Made by a program: the position numbers and the translations under genes. A DNA stretch of 50,234 bases from assembly GCA_003344405.1 (NCBI GenBank), contig NOWV01000315.1, positions 1-50,234 on the forward strand, given 5' to 3'. How positions within the stretch are numbered: the first letter of the stretch is position 1; each line of letters starts with the position of its first letter. Below are positions 13,258 to 26,555 of the stretch, one piece after another. The stretch is from Trichoplax sp. H2 (taxonomy: Eukaryota). Below the pieces are notes generated by a model that was given only the letters and a program-made list of their open reading frames with translations, made no database searches and was not told where the DNA came from.

Positions 13258-13808
13258 TGTAATGTAACTTAGTATTGTGATTGTAAACTGTTAGCCATGT
13301 TTAGTACAATGGACGGTAGATATTTATCCTAAGAGATATTTGGTAGCTATTACTATAGACTGTAGTGGTAGAGGCTCTATTCTAGAGTACAGATGATTAT
13401 ATACAGTAAGGTGTTGAGTTACTAATAAGGCTATAGGTAAAAATAGAACTGTAAATCATATATTACGATATGGTCAATTCATTGTACTTTGGCTGTGCGA
13501 ATAATGTCTATGTAAGTACTGTAGTCATATCCATATCGGATTAATGATGGTCCGCAGTAGAATAGTCTTACTAAGAATAATTTAACTATGTGTAAAATAA
13601 GGTAAAAGGTTGCTATGCAGATTGTAGCTGCGAATGCTACGGAAAGTATAAAAGCATACAACTTTAGATTATTCTGTTAGTTCGTTGTAGAAGTCTTTAG
13701 TAGTAGTATTTGGCTAAAGTAGAGCTGTGTGTAGTTAATCTTTGTATAAGATTCAATAAAGCCCTAATTTTTCTAAAATTTGGAATTTCGTGATTGGTAT
13801 ATATCACA
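13258..13808 (+). mobile_element. Solo LTR-like element, family A
   Basis: TGTAAT...ATCACA, 551 bp, with perfect TSD AAGTG (13253-13257 and 13809-13813). TATAAAA at 13647 and AATAAA at 13755. Confidence 0.9.
13620..13653 (+). promoter_or_regulatory. Putative LTR core promoter block ending in a TATA box
   Basis: GATTGTAGCTGCGAATGCTACGGAAAGTATAAAA is nearly invariant even in the diverged copy (reverse complement near 30671-30704). It lies about 100 nt upstream of AATAAA. Confidence 0.5.
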
Positions 13809-14373
13809 AAGTGATAACATAAAATAACCAATTATCATTATTTAAGAGTTTTGAAGCTCGGTTTTTATTACATGAAGTTGAAATTTAAGTCAGAAAATTT
13901 CTTCCGCTTTTCACCATTTAGATGCGAAATTTATGTAATTTATTTCTTAAATTTATTGCAGTGCTAGAATTAAAATTAAATATTTGAAGTAAAGATGTAG
14001 GAAGGCAAGCAAGTAATTTTATAACTATTCATTGGATATCGAATTTAAATATTTAATATTAAATTGTAGTCTTTAGATTTATCAATTGCGTGATTCTACA
14101 GAACTAAAAAATAATAGAAATCCAAGCCTAAATCATCGATTGCTTATAAAAGCATTCAGTTCTGCCAGCATGATAATATTTTCTACAGAAAAAAAATTTA
14201 TTTTCTCGCAATTAAAGTGTTAATAAACTCTTAAATTCTAAACGTACATCGAAATTGAGTTATAATAATAGTAGCGCAGCAAATCTCATAAAAATTTGTC
14301 CACTCTGCCTTTAACTTAAGATTGAAGTTATACAAATAAATTATTAATCAATAAAACTTATTCAAAATGTAGC

Positions 14374-14823
14374 TGTAATGTAACTAATATTGTGATTGTA
14401 GACTGTTAGCCATGTTTAGTATAATGTACGGTAGCGTAACTTCTATATTTATTCTAAGAGATATTTGGTAGCTATTACTATAGACTATAGTAGTAGAGAC
14501 TCTATGCTAGAGTACAGGTGACTATATACAGTAAGGTGTTGAGTTATTAATAAGGCTATAGGTAAAAATAAAACTGTAAATCATATATTAGGATATGGTT
14601 AATTCATTGTGCTTTGGCAGGTGCGAATAATGTCTACGTAAATACCGTAGTCGTATCCATATTGGATTAATGGCAACTTTAGATTATTCAGTTTGTTCGT
14701 TGTAGAAGTCTGTAGTAGCAGTATTCGGCTAGAGTAGAGCTGCGTGTAGTTAATCTTTGCATAAGATTTAATAAAGCCCTAATTTTTCTAAAATTTGGAA
14801 TTTCGTGATTGGTATATATCACA
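14374..14823 (+). mobile_element. Solo LTR-like element, family A, internally deleted
   Basis: TG...CA ends with perfect TSD GTAGC (14369-14373 and 14824-14828). About 110 bp are missing near 14672, including the TATA block. Confidence 0.9.
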
Positions 14824-16569
14824 GTAGCCAAATACTTTATTACAATATTCCACTCATGAATGAATAATCTCTATAGCACATTTCTAGAAAAAAACTTTAT
14901 GTCGATTTCAGCTACGACCTTTCTTACGTCGTAAATACGTTGAACGATCAATACTGGATATTGCATTATCGTAAGAACCAACATTTTTAATTATTTTATA
15001 GGCGTGAAGTAATTGATTTTTCGCTCAAATCTTGTAAGCTAGATCTTTCATTATCTCAGATTGCAAAAATCACGAATATATATGCAAAAATGTATAGCAG
15101 ACATGAATAGCTTTTTCTTAAATTAAATACTTCAAATTCTGAGAACAGTTTATGATTCATGTATCAGTTATAGCCAAAATCGGAATCTGGGCAATTATGC
15201 AGAATAGCGGGCTGCTACAAAGAAATTTTTGAATAAAATATCCTAACTTAGTTTCCATTAAATAAATTATCATTACGGAAATTGACTACAAATTAACTGA
15301 TTTTATACAAAATTTGGGAGTAGTTTATCAAAACAGAGACTAGCGCTTGAGGATAGACGATCATTAGTATTTAGATTCCTTTTATTGGCAAATATCATTG
15401 AGGAAAAGCCTGACAATAGGCTAATTTTGCTAATTCCTATATTAGTTATATTTTTGATCTTTACAAATTGAGATTTGCTGACCGGCCAAAGGACGAATTA
15501 GGAATTTACACAGAACTATATTTACTGATCTCTAAAAATAGCTTAGATAAGACCGGTACGCAAAAAGTATCCACATTTATACCGTTAAAAGCTGATAGTA
15601 TCTAAATCGTCGATATTAGAACGCATATAATTCCTGTAATTTACTTTGAATTTCGAGTCCTTGTAAGCAGTAATGAAGCGCCATAATTATTTATATTATC
15701 TAAATGAAATTAAAACTGCGGAGCAAGAATGCTTCGTATCTTTACCCAAACTTGATTGTTTGCGGCTTATTCAGTAATGATGATAGCCAGTAGAATTTAA
15801 TATTATTAATTTATATCTAGTTCATATAATATGAGGTACGTACTGATGATGGACAAGAGTTGAGATCATTTTTTAATAATGAATAGATGCATAAAAGTTT
15901 AACTCATCTTTTCAAATGACCTTTAAATATATATATGTTTATAACTGTATTGTGGTAAATACTAGATTTTTGTGAGCTGAACTAAATAATCTCAAATTCA
16001 TTTGCTTTGAATGAACGGGATAAAAATAAAGATTATGTACCTTTCTGCTGTCAAATTATCAAACACAAAGAAATCGCTGCTTCACAATTTTGATTCTGAA
16101 GGAAATCATTTTAATGGTTCAAAGTTTTAAATACAGTTCTTGCAGGAAGTATATCGATAGAACAGTTTATCAACAATGAAATCCCGCTATTATCAGATTT
16201 TTACACCGATGGAGATTTGAAATTCTAGCATTTATTCTATTAAGATTTTTTATGCGTTGAGAAACATATCCTAGATTTTCAGACGTGTACATGGGCTTTT
16301 TTACCAACGTTATATAACACTCGTACATCATTTTTAAACTTATTGATATAGTAAATATCAATAGTTAGCCGATCATAAACATGTATTTTAACTTTTAAAA
16401 AATATAAGTATTTACTATCAAATCTATAATAAAAATCATAGACGTTACTATATAAGGTATTGCAGTGATCATAGCAGCAAAGAATACTGTATGTTAATAG
16501 TAATGTCATAGATCTCATAAATTTCGGATCATGAAGAATCAAAACATCAAATCACTCACGTAACTTTCA

Positions 16570-17900
16570 ATTTGGCTATGGTAATGAAGTTTTTATAAGG
16601 ATGGTAATAAACGGCTTCAACTAAATTATTATTTGCTGATTATTGTAATTGTATGCATATTCAGAAAGCTGGATTATGTTCTGCTTCTAAAACCGACTCC
16701 ATAATTAAGTTTTAGATGCTACTTTCAGTGAATTTACAAGTAAGGTAACTTGAAATTAGGTTTTTCGTAAATTTGTACAGATCATAAAGTAAATTAATTA
16801 AACATCGACAGTCTTTTGATCAATAATGTCTATTATACCACTTGATATGATAATCTGACGTAATCGGTTATCATCTGATGCAAAATCTAGTAACTAAATA
16901 ATTTTTTGACAAGTGATGTATTCAAATTTGACATAAACGCGAATTGAAATAGTTTCCATACGTTATCTTTATTAAGAATTGGTCGCTCACTTATGGTAAC
17001 ACAAAAAGATATATCAAGATTCTCAACAATAAGGCTATCGGTCCCGTTTATTTTTCCTAACTACATTATCCTGCTTGCGGGTTTATTTCCTTTCGGGAAT
17101 AGCTATTATATTATTTACATTCGATGTTACGAACGAAATCTTACACCGATAAACAATTCTCCAGTAATATAATTAAATAGCTCGACTACAAATCGTGCCA
17201 CAGTAAATAGCTCAATAACATAATAGCAAAACAATGTCAGTACAGTATTATATTTATCAGTCTATAATGATAGTTGTACTCATCTTAAATAAAATTAGAA
17301 ATTATAGTGGATCACACTTGACTCTAAAATATATTGTTGTAGATTAAACACCTCTATCTCCATCAGAATAATTAATTAATATGCATTACCTAAATAAAAT
17401 GGGGCCATGACAACTGCATATAATTCTAAATAATGAGTTATGATCAGCAATGAAGTAAGTATTCACGGAAACGTAATTTTGCTTTGGTGACAGACTAGGC
17501 ATCATGTTTTCATAGATGCTCTAACGCAAAATTAGATTTCCATGAATATGGATAAAAATTGTAGTAGTTGCGCTATTAAATTATATTACTGGTAAATCTA
17601 ATTTCTTTCAAAAGCATTAAAATTACTACTTACTGGAATAATTTTATCTCAAACAGTAATGCAATTAGCAAAATTTCAAAGTAATTGATTGTGAAAGATA
17701 CACGTGCAATAACTTAAAAATAGTCTACTGCTTTTACAGTTTGACTAGGATAAACCAGGTAATTATACGTTAACTCTAATGAAGAAGGCAGTCTATATAA
17801 TCCTATGTTTGGCTATTAGATACGGCCTTAGGTAGAGAACCCAATCGCATACTAGAAGGAGTACAAGTGCATCATCTCAACCTATTAGCCACCTATGGTA
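16570..17900 (+). pseudogene. Possible decayed family 2 GPCR fossil
   Basis: Manual translation gives LAMVM..RMVINGF (cf. LAVIYMI..PMNGCF), ITTYWNN (cf. LASYWKINN), PMFGY and YKCII, in order. Weak; boundaries approximate. Confidence 0.3.
17125..17412 (-). mobile_element. Degenerate LTR-like element, family F
   Basis: TGTTAC...ATGACA ends. Shares AATCTTACA and CGACTACAAATCGTG with 41373..41655. No TSD seen. Confidence 0.45.
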
Positions 17901-18976
17901 CTACTTAAATTTATGGAGATCATTACAGCATATTGAAAAAATTGCTAAGGAAGTGATGGATCTTTAAAATGACGCTTTTACGTTTTTCCTTTTAAACAGT
18001 TTCTTAAATGCAGTGAAGGAACTAAAGTTAATATCATAACATACTCAAGACATCTATTGCTATCTGAAGTTCTGAAACTATGGTTAGTAAATTTAATTGA
18101 TGGCTTGAATTATTGGACAATGAAACTATTGCGAATGGTAATAAGATTTCTAGAATTTTCCTTTCGCTATTGATTCTCAATGGCAGAATCTATTCCATAT
18201 TTTTTCACTAATTAAATACAAATATTATTTAAGCAAATCTTTGCAATATTTTATACTTCAAATCTAAATTATTCTTTAACTCCCGGAATGGATAACAGCT
18301 TCCGTTGATGCGTAACGTGAATGGAATCGACAAAAATGTTGACATTTTTATTGCACTTACTTCTCTTCGAATTGCGATTGTTTGCGAACAAATTATATGT
18401 GATTATCCATCAGATATTATACACTGTCAGATATGTTAATAAATTACAACAAGAATAGCTTAGCAAATCATATTAGTCTTTTGTAAATTTATTGGCATTT
18501 TATTAATATGTTGCATGGTAATACAGTAGTTAAAATCTTCACAATTCATAATAGTCACGCATTAAGTGCTTTAGCTCTAGACGCAGTAATAGCGAATTTG
18601 CAAGCTTGTAGTTACACTTTTATTAACAAATATAGTAATATTATTACAATTACGGCTTAAACAGTTATAATTATACATTTGAAAAAGCTTTTAGAAAGTT
18701 TACTTGTAATCAGGCCTTTATTCACTCCTGAGAAAATTTGCCTAGTATCTTTCAATTATGTGTTTAATTTCGAATACGCATGGCTCATATCCAGTTGAAT
18801 TAGTCATCAGCTTACTTGGAACTGAAGATTTATTCAACGACAATAAATTTAGGTTACATACGAATCTAGCAACGAATTATTTTACTTTATCCGCTTTTCA
18901 TTTTCAATATGAGAATCTAATTAGACTTAAGATATATTAATTGTAAAATAAGAAGAGCACATTTTTGGGGGGTAAT

Positions 18977-20056
18977 TCAGGTATTGGCATTATTAGATTT
19001 ATGGGTTACGACAATAACGGCAGTTTTATTTTGGCGCTCTAGATAAAAATTTGAAATCATAGCCTTTCTAAATGTTTTGTTATAAATAATAAAAATGAAA
19101 GGATTTTGAATTGCCGTTAAACTTGCCATAAAAAATGCAGTCGATACTAAAATAAATATAAATTCACCGTAGTCTAAAACAAGATAAACATAGGATTTGC
19201 CAGTAATAAGTGCAATAAACCAACCGAACATAATAGGCAATGAGTTAACCATAAATAGCAGTGTGGCTAAAATCATCATTTTGGTTGAGTGAACTTGTCG
19301 CCTTTTATTACGATCATATCTATTTCTGATATTTGAGATATTGTTTATAGAATTAGATATACGACGAATAACTTTGAAATAAAGGCAAAATACCGTCACT
19401 AATGGTATCGGAAAAGCTACTGACAGTGCAAAGAGATGGTAAACTGAAAAAGTATAATCGTTGTTTTTGCCGTAAGGGAGAAGATCACACATATGAGGTA
19501 ACTTGGGATTAATATCCGCCAGAATAAGCATAGGGATGGCTAATAGTAGACCAACAATCCAAATTATGGTAATAGCCATAATCAAAATTTTCTTACTTTG
19601 AAACGGAGATTTCCTATTGGTATATGTCATAATTAGAAAGCGATCGATACTTATAGCTGTAAATGATTGTGAAGAAGTAATATAAGACCACGTTATGGTA
19701 AAATAATTAACTTTACATACGACTTGGTAAATGGAATGATTAAAATGTTGTTGTAATGATAAAACAACATTACTTATTAAAAAGACTGATCCAAATGCTA
19801 ATACGATAATATCAGATACAGCCATATTAGCAGATAAAATGTACGAAGGAGTTTGAAGCTGCTTTATTTTGATAATTGTAGTTATTAACAGTATGTTTCC
19901 AATAATTCCAGCAACAGATAATGGAATAAATGCCATATATACTGCTATATATGACTTACGAAATTCAGTGGCATCTGTGGAATGATTTTCGTTTAAAAAA
20001 TTCACTGATTTATTGATGATTAATGAGAAAGTTACCTCATCGTAATTTGAAGCCAT
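18977..20056 (-). CDS. Rhodopsin-family orphan GPCR, family 1
   Basis: 359-aa 7TM ORF, closest by eye to 7897..8973. Motifs: NMAVSD, SIDRF, PHMCDL, FPIP, FMVNSLP, QNPFIF. Confidence 0.93.
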   Translation of the reverse strand: MASNYDEVTFSLIINKSVNFLNENHSTDATEFRKSYIAVYMAFIPLSVAGIIGNILLITTIIKIKQLQTPSYILSANMAVSDIIVLAFGSVFLISNVVLSLQQHFNHSIYQVVCKVNYFTITWSYITSSQSFTAISIDRFLIMTYTNRKSPFQSKKILIMAITIIWIVGLLLAIPMLILADINPKLPHMCDLLPYGKNNDYTFSVYHLFALSVAFPIPLVTVFCLYFKVIRRISNSINNISNIRNRYDRNKRRQVHSTKMMILATLLFMVNSLPIMFGWFIALITGKSYVYLVLDYGEFIFILVSTAFFMASLTAIQNPFIFIIYNKTFRKAMISNFYLERQNKTAVIVVTHKSNNANT

Positions 20057-20924
20057 ATCAAGTTTCTTAATGCTAACGATTTTTCAGAAAGAAAGAAATT
20101 GCTCTGCACTGGTAATTTATTTTGACAATTATGATGCATATCAAAATTTACACTTCAAATAAGGGATTAGAATGTGCTTGAGATCATTGATTATAATGTA
20201 GTTAATCTTGAAGAATTTTTTATTAACGGAGTGCGGCTTCATGGGATTTAAAATTAAATAATCACACAATTGTTAGGTGACAATAATTGTTTTTATTTCA
20301 ATTTACTTGACCAATAAAAGTCTCGTATCTTATTTTTCTTATAAAATTAAATCGAATAGTAAGGTTGATGGCAAACAATGCATCCATTTTGATAGGATTA
20401 TGAATAAATTCCGCCGGTATAATATACGTTTACGTTATGTCATAGCTTGTAAGATATCGTGCTTAGATCGGACCTTTCGATTTCGTATTATCATTTCGAA
20501 GTCATAGTTATAATAGAACAATGGATGTTTTCTTTCAGTTTAGAGGAACTATGGAGTTCGATTTCTTTATTCATTACTCATCATAATGGTTTTTTAGAGG
20601 TAGAGATGTCTAATTTATTCATCGCGATAGATTTATAAATAAGAAACAATAGCTCTTTGTTTTGCTTATTAACAATGTTAAATGTAGTATTGAGACTTAT
20701 TTTATTCACTACGTATTAATTTGCTTCTTTTATCTTAAGTTATGGGCCAAAAATAGTGCTGCTTTTCTTTCAGAATATGCTTCCATAGTATGCAAGTGTC
20801 CGTTTGATTGAGTGTCAATGTTATGAAAATTTCTATAAAGTATCACCGAATACAAGAAGATAACGATTAAAAATTTAATGGCACAAAATAGTTGATGTAC
20901 TACTACTATCGTAGTGTAGTGAAG

Positions 20925-23900
20925 GACTAAAAGTAGAGTCCTTTATAGCGTTTAGTATGTAACTAGTATTATTTTACGATTACTGTGATCTTTATAAAAT
21001 CCGAAATTTTTCGGATTGGGATTCCGGAACCGGTCGGATTTATGTCCGATATAATTTTCCTGTTTTAATTTTTGGATTTTTGTTCATGAATAATATCGTA
21101 AGAGTTCGTTTTTGAAATTTGAAGTTTTTGTTATCAATTTGAAACTTTGGAATTTTATGACGTAACATGAAAGTCACATTAGGAAAGTTTAGTGAGGAAA
21201 ACAGAAAACAAGATGGAAATTGGCAGAGGTTGTGTTAATTGTTAAGTAATTAAACTGTTGTATTATGACTAAATCTTGATGTTTAAAGTTTAATTTTTAT
21301 ACTTTTATAATGTATTAATCATAGAAATTATGTTAGAAGTGAAGTTTGATGTATGTTATACGGTAGTTAACTTGTTGGTATTATAGTGTTTTGTAAGGGA
21401 ATCATATGGTAAATTGTGTCTGAACTTTGAATGATTTTTATTTTCTTAAATGGTGCAAAGTAGTTTTCTGAAACGGATCTTAAGAGCGATTGGTTAGTAA
21501 ATGTTTAGTTTTATACAACTCTGACGGGTCTATGAAGCCTATAAATGATAGTGCAATTAGAAAATTTAAGAGAGAGACTAGAAGAAGACTCTTTTGAAGA
21601 ACTTGTGGAATTTAAAAGGCCTTCGGGGTCAAATTGTCGTCAGTTAAAACGTTCTTGTTTTTGAAAGGTTGTTTGGTCGTTGACAGTTTTTAAGCTTGTG
21701 ACTTATTTTATGAGTACTTAAAGTTAAGTATTTGTAAGATTGTTCGGTTCATAATTCTCTCCATTTTTGCTTTTTAATAATTTTTTGTTCTATTATTTCC
21801 CCAAATTTTATTTGGTGTCAAAATTTCGTTAAGTCGACCGGAGTGCAACGAAAGTTGAATCAAAGTCTTTTAAAGTTTTGTGGCTTGATATCTACACTTT
21901 TTATTTTATTACAATAGGCTTTTATAATTGTTATCAAAGACAGAACAATAATTGAAGATACATCTCATGAGTATAGCCGTAATATTAACCTGAAAGAACT
22001 AACTTAAGAAGGACAATAAATATTAATCTAGACTTTAATATTTTCCTAGTTCACCTCAAATAAGTAAATAAACTGGATGATATCTATTGCAGACAACCAG
22101 TAAAATTATCTTCGTTAATCATAATATCTAAAATTCCTTCTAAATTTTATCAAATTTTTTATTCAGTTTTTTACGGAACTGGAGTTATTTGACTTATCCC
22201 GGAATTTAAAATGAAACCACAAAACTTTCTTTCTTAAATTGTCCAGTAAGAGTTTCCGTTACTGTGGATCAGAAATGACTCGTTGTATAGGTGATATTCT
22301 ATGTAATATTCACATAAATTTCATTAACCGCGAAAATAAGATTTTATAAGCGTACTTTCTATTTTGGAATATTTCGTAGATAAAATATTTAAAGTAGAAT
22401 CTCGTTATAATTGTTCCTTTACGTAATTTTAGCAAAAAAGACTTTAAAAATGAAAGAATGAATTAGTTCAAGTATCCAATATTAGTAATTAAAAAATGTT
22501 GTACTTGAGAGAATCGAACAGAATCTTTTACAGTACTGACAGTAATTTCCCTCTTTGATATCGAAAATTAAACTTTATTTTTGTGACTAACCTAGAGTAA
22601 CTTAATGACTTAACTGTTTTCTGTTGCATTATTCAATTAAGTATCCACTTAATTAATTCGACAGAACAAAAAATAGAACTTGTGAGAAGACTTTTCACTT
22701 GTAATATAATAACCTAAATACATTCAGAGCAACATCATCAATATGAAAATTGAAGCTATCACATTGTCAGGGCAATGAAATATACTTGACTTATTACATT
22801 TATCATGATGCTATTTATAGGATTACTAATTGTTAAACTTGCAGTAAGTAAATAACTAGGAGGTACAAGCGTTAATGGAGACTGTGCTTTCACCGCTAGG
22901 GCTAGTTTCTTAACATGATATACCTATTGACTTCTTCTTTGGAATGACATGAATACTTTTGTTTTAATTTTGAGTTAGGCTTGGTATCACGATCTTTGGT
23001 AATCTTAAAAGTAATAGAGAGAAATTATAAGGTAATAGATTAATTTATGACATATATTATTGAGAGAATAAGAATATTGAATAAGTACAGTAATTCAATT
23101 ACTCAAAGCTTTCAAGTAAAAATAGAAATGATTTCGTTTACACACTAAGTAATAATTTAATCAATATTAAATTTTAAATAACAAATTTGATCTGATATTA
23201 AAGTTTAAAAAAGAAAACTGACATTTTCATAGTTGCTGATTCCGCGCAGGATTCATTTAATCATACGATGATAATACAACAACTACCCATCAGAGAGACT
23301 TAATCACTAGGTAAACAATTTCTTTACTATTTTAACGTTATGAAGTTTATCATATGAGAAGTATACTTGTTAATATGACATGAGGAAAACTTTTACAGTA
23401 GTAACAGAATAAGATTATGTTTTGGAAGGAATTAAGAGTTGTTTAAAAATAAGAAAGAAAGCACGAATATAAATTCTTCACGATTAAGGCATGCCAAAGT
23501 TTAGATATATATCACCGTTCCGAAATTAAAACCTATATTTACGAAATATAGTAGGGAATGATATTAATGTTGACTAAAACTACACTTAAGATCACCAATT
23601 TCGTAGCTTGCAAATGTTGAGAGCGATCTAAGCTGCGCTCTTTAAAGATGTGACACTAAATGATTTATTTTTGGCATCCATTAATTAATAAAAAAAATAA
23701 AATAGAAATACTTAATAATGGAAATGGATAGGCTATAATAAACTCTGGAAGTCGAATAAACTAAAATACTTTGTCATTATCGCTTCCATATGGGCTTATA
23801 TCACATTTATATGATACTTTTTCTTCACAGTTACCTTAAAAACTAACCGGATTGAGAGAATTATAGTAATTGAAAATGTCCTTGCATCTGTTGCTGCTAA

Positions 23901-23945
23901 AAAATTTGTGACGACTTAATGGCAATTTATAATTTAATTTACCTT
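20925..23945 (+). pseudogene. Decayed family 2 GPCR fossil interrupted by a family E element
   Basis: Collinear matches to the 27913..30226 protein: KSRVL (20929; NSKIL), LKIHLMSIAV (21952; MSIHDILIMNLSI), FFFGM (22932; FLFGI), LGITIF (22980; IGITGI), KDVTL (23644; RDVSL), LPYGLISH (23783; APYAIAH), SLHL..NG.YNLIY (SLYL..NSIFNF). Many stops and indels. Confidence 0.55.
20958..21896 (+). mobile_element. LTR-like element, family E (about 940 bp, old)
   Basis: Diverged inverted homolog of 36425..37972. TGTAAC...TCTACA ends, TATAAA near 21539. No TSD confirmed; left boundary approximate. Confidence 0.7.
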
Positions 23946-23970
23946 TAAAGGTTGGTTACAAATCGAAACT

Positions 23971-24320
23971 TGTAACGTAGGAAATGCTTAAATCATATAG
24001 AAATTATACTACGAGTCTACTGGCAGGTTTATCCTTCCAGATTTTAACCTACAGTGCGACTCTAAACACTGACGATCTTCTATCATTAGGAGGAATAGTG
24101 GCATCACTAATTCTCCTAGACAAAACTGAATCCAGTCAGTCAATTTGTAGTCAATTGATATAAATAGTAATAATCGGTTTATAGACAATATCATAAAAGC
24201 ATGCATTTATCTATTAAAAATACATAAAATGTTATAGATAACGGTGTCTAAATAAATTACTAGAAAGATTATCTTATGGAATATATGTTACGACAGCTAT
24301 GTGACAGTTATACCGTAACA
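23971..24320 (-). mobile_element. Candidate degenerate LTR-like element
   Basis: TGTAACG...ACAGTTATACCGTAACA. The right end resembles the shared terminal hairpin. Single copy, no TSD. Confidence 0.3.
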
Positions 24321-25072
24321 ATGTTATATAGCGATCAATGTTAATCATATAAGATAATGATGATGATTCTAATGATGATGCCAAAAATTAAAGCAATTTA
24401 TTTTGCAAAGCAGCTTAAATACAACTTATTCCACTTTATTCCTGATTTTTGTTTAGCTATGACTACTATAGTCATGAACATGATGGGAAAAGTAGAACCT
24501 TAACATACGATGCTACTGTATTGGCTGATAGAACAAATGCAGGAACTGCCAATTTTCTGGACTTATGAATCATATAAAGAAAGTGATTTTGGCTAATAGG
24601 TAGACTAGAAAAAATTGAATAAACGTACAATATGTTACGATAGGCTCTTTATGATGTTACTCAGTTACATTATTATTTAAATGATAAGATGCTGTTCACG
24701 TAATCTGATACATTCTCTGTATGATTGTCACAAAAATCTAATCTTCGTAGGTGATTTAACTTTACTAGTTATTATATTTTAGTTATAAACTGACAACAGT
24801 AATTATTGAGAACCGAACAACTTGAAAAATCTAAGATGATATTATATTTTTAGTAAATATTTAAGTCAATCAGATGCAAAACTCTCTTCCACATTTGGAT
24901 TTAGCAACCTAACAAGCTATTATGAGCTTGCCATTTTATACCCTAGTTGCAGGCCGTTGGTGCATTACAGCGTTCTGAGATCCACTTATTTTACCAACTT
25001 CATACTAAGAGCTGTATTTTAACTTGTAATAATTTCTTATAGTACTTAAGTTAATGGAACGGTTTGACTAAG

Positions 25073-25284
25073 TGTAATGTAAGTTAGTATTATGATTGTA
25101 GACTGATAGCCATGTTTAGTACAATGTACGGTAGCGTAACTTCTATATTTATCCTAAGAGATATTTGGCATTCGCAGCTACAATACGCATGGCAACCTTT
25201 TACCTTATTTTATACATAGTTAAATTATTCTCAGTAAGACTATTCTACTGCGGACCATCATTAATCCGATATGGATATGACTAC
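25073..25284. mobile_element. Rearranged family A fragment with an internal inversion
   Basis: 25073..25168 is the family A start (TGTAATGTAA...GATATTTGG). 25169..25284 is an internal family A segment in the opposite orientation (CATTCGCAGC...GACTAC). Confidence 0.8.
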
Positions 25285-25652
25285 CGTGATATAATTTTGT
25301 GATGGGCATATATCACACAGTCTTATCTGTATGCACGTGTCATTATGAATGCGTTCATTTAAATAGTATAATATTCAAGTATTCGAGAGTCAGTTAGTTT
25401 CTCAGAGCTCGTAGTCAAGCGAGTACGATTTATAAGTTGAATTCCTTTCTGAGATTGCAAGCCCTGCATCGCCTGGCTATAATTTCGCATCGCATTATTC
25501 TTAGCTCGCAGTTACGGGTGGTGTAGTTATTAGAGAAATAAAGTATTACCCAACTGAAGATCGCCGAGTTGTTGTGAGGCAGTATATCGAACATATCCAC
25601 TATCCGATAGTCGGAGTACCTAGTGAGCTAACTCCAGCTACGTCTCATCACG
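25285..25652 (+). mobile_element. Candidate LTR-like element (GC-richer, single copy)
   Basis: CGTGAT...ATCACG inverted ends, TATAA and AATAAA (25537), and higher GC than the flanks. It truncates the family A fragment. No TSD. Confidence 0.4.
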
Positions 25653-26047
25653 TTATAACCAATTGTAACAACTGATACTATTAATAAAAGTGATATACCA
25701 GTATTAATTAACTTTACTAGCTTTGCATGCAAATATGAGAGAACATTATTATAAGTATATTTATGTATTTACGATAATAAGAATATTTAATAGCTGCATT
25801 ATTGCAGTATTCGACAGTTTAAGATATAATTCCTCAACGTAGTTGATGCTATTGTCAAAGGCTTTCGTGGCTGCTATCAAATCCAAACCATATTTATACG
25901 AAATTGAAGGATTATTTTATGAGTTTAAATAAAGTATTAACAAGTACTTTGATTAAGGCAAACAATGTATAATAATTTATATTATGATATTTTCCAAATT
26001 CAGCAGTAAGTAAGGAGATAGTTAAGAAGATATCTTTTAGCTACAAT

Positions 26048-26555
26048 TGTTTCTCAACTAAACTTGCCTAATCTAAGCTAATTTAGATTACTCTAGATAA
26101 GTAACAATCACTGCGAAATGCACTTTCAGAATCTTCTAACTATATCTTTATTCTCGAAAATGCAAGTCTAATTTAATATTCAAAATCAATCATTTAAATA
26201 GCTATTCTAGCCATAAAACCGGTTTACGACGAGCGATATATTTCGACCAATAAGACATCGAGAATACATTAAATCACTCCTAGTCTAATCTAGTGAATTT
26301 GTAATATTACTGTAGATTAAAGTTATGTTTGCCCTAGCTTATAATTAACAGGATTTATATTTAATTTGCCATTGACAATCCATATACCATATTTAGTATA
26401 ATTTAACTTGTATTAGGAACAGGTTTATATCGGCTATATTAAGTCATCAAATAATTCATGCACATATATAAATTAATAACTATCTTAACGTGATACATAT
26501 ACATGTCTAAATTAAGTGTGTTATCATTCATCACGGTAGATTCACTACCGTGACA
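26048..26555 (-). mobile_element. Solo LTR-like element, family B
   Basis: Highly similar to 6435..6913. TG...CA ends; TSD ACAAT/ACAAC (4 of 5 match). Confidence 0.88.

Noticed and set aside
13258..14823. Two nearby direct family A copies considered as one two-LTR (TRIM-like) element
   Set aside because: Each copy has its own distinct TSD, and the spacer shows no primer-binding site or polypurine tract.
20999..21016. Perfect 8-bp hairpin ATCCGAAA-tt-TTTCGGAT in family E
   Set aside because: Not preserved in the second family E copy.
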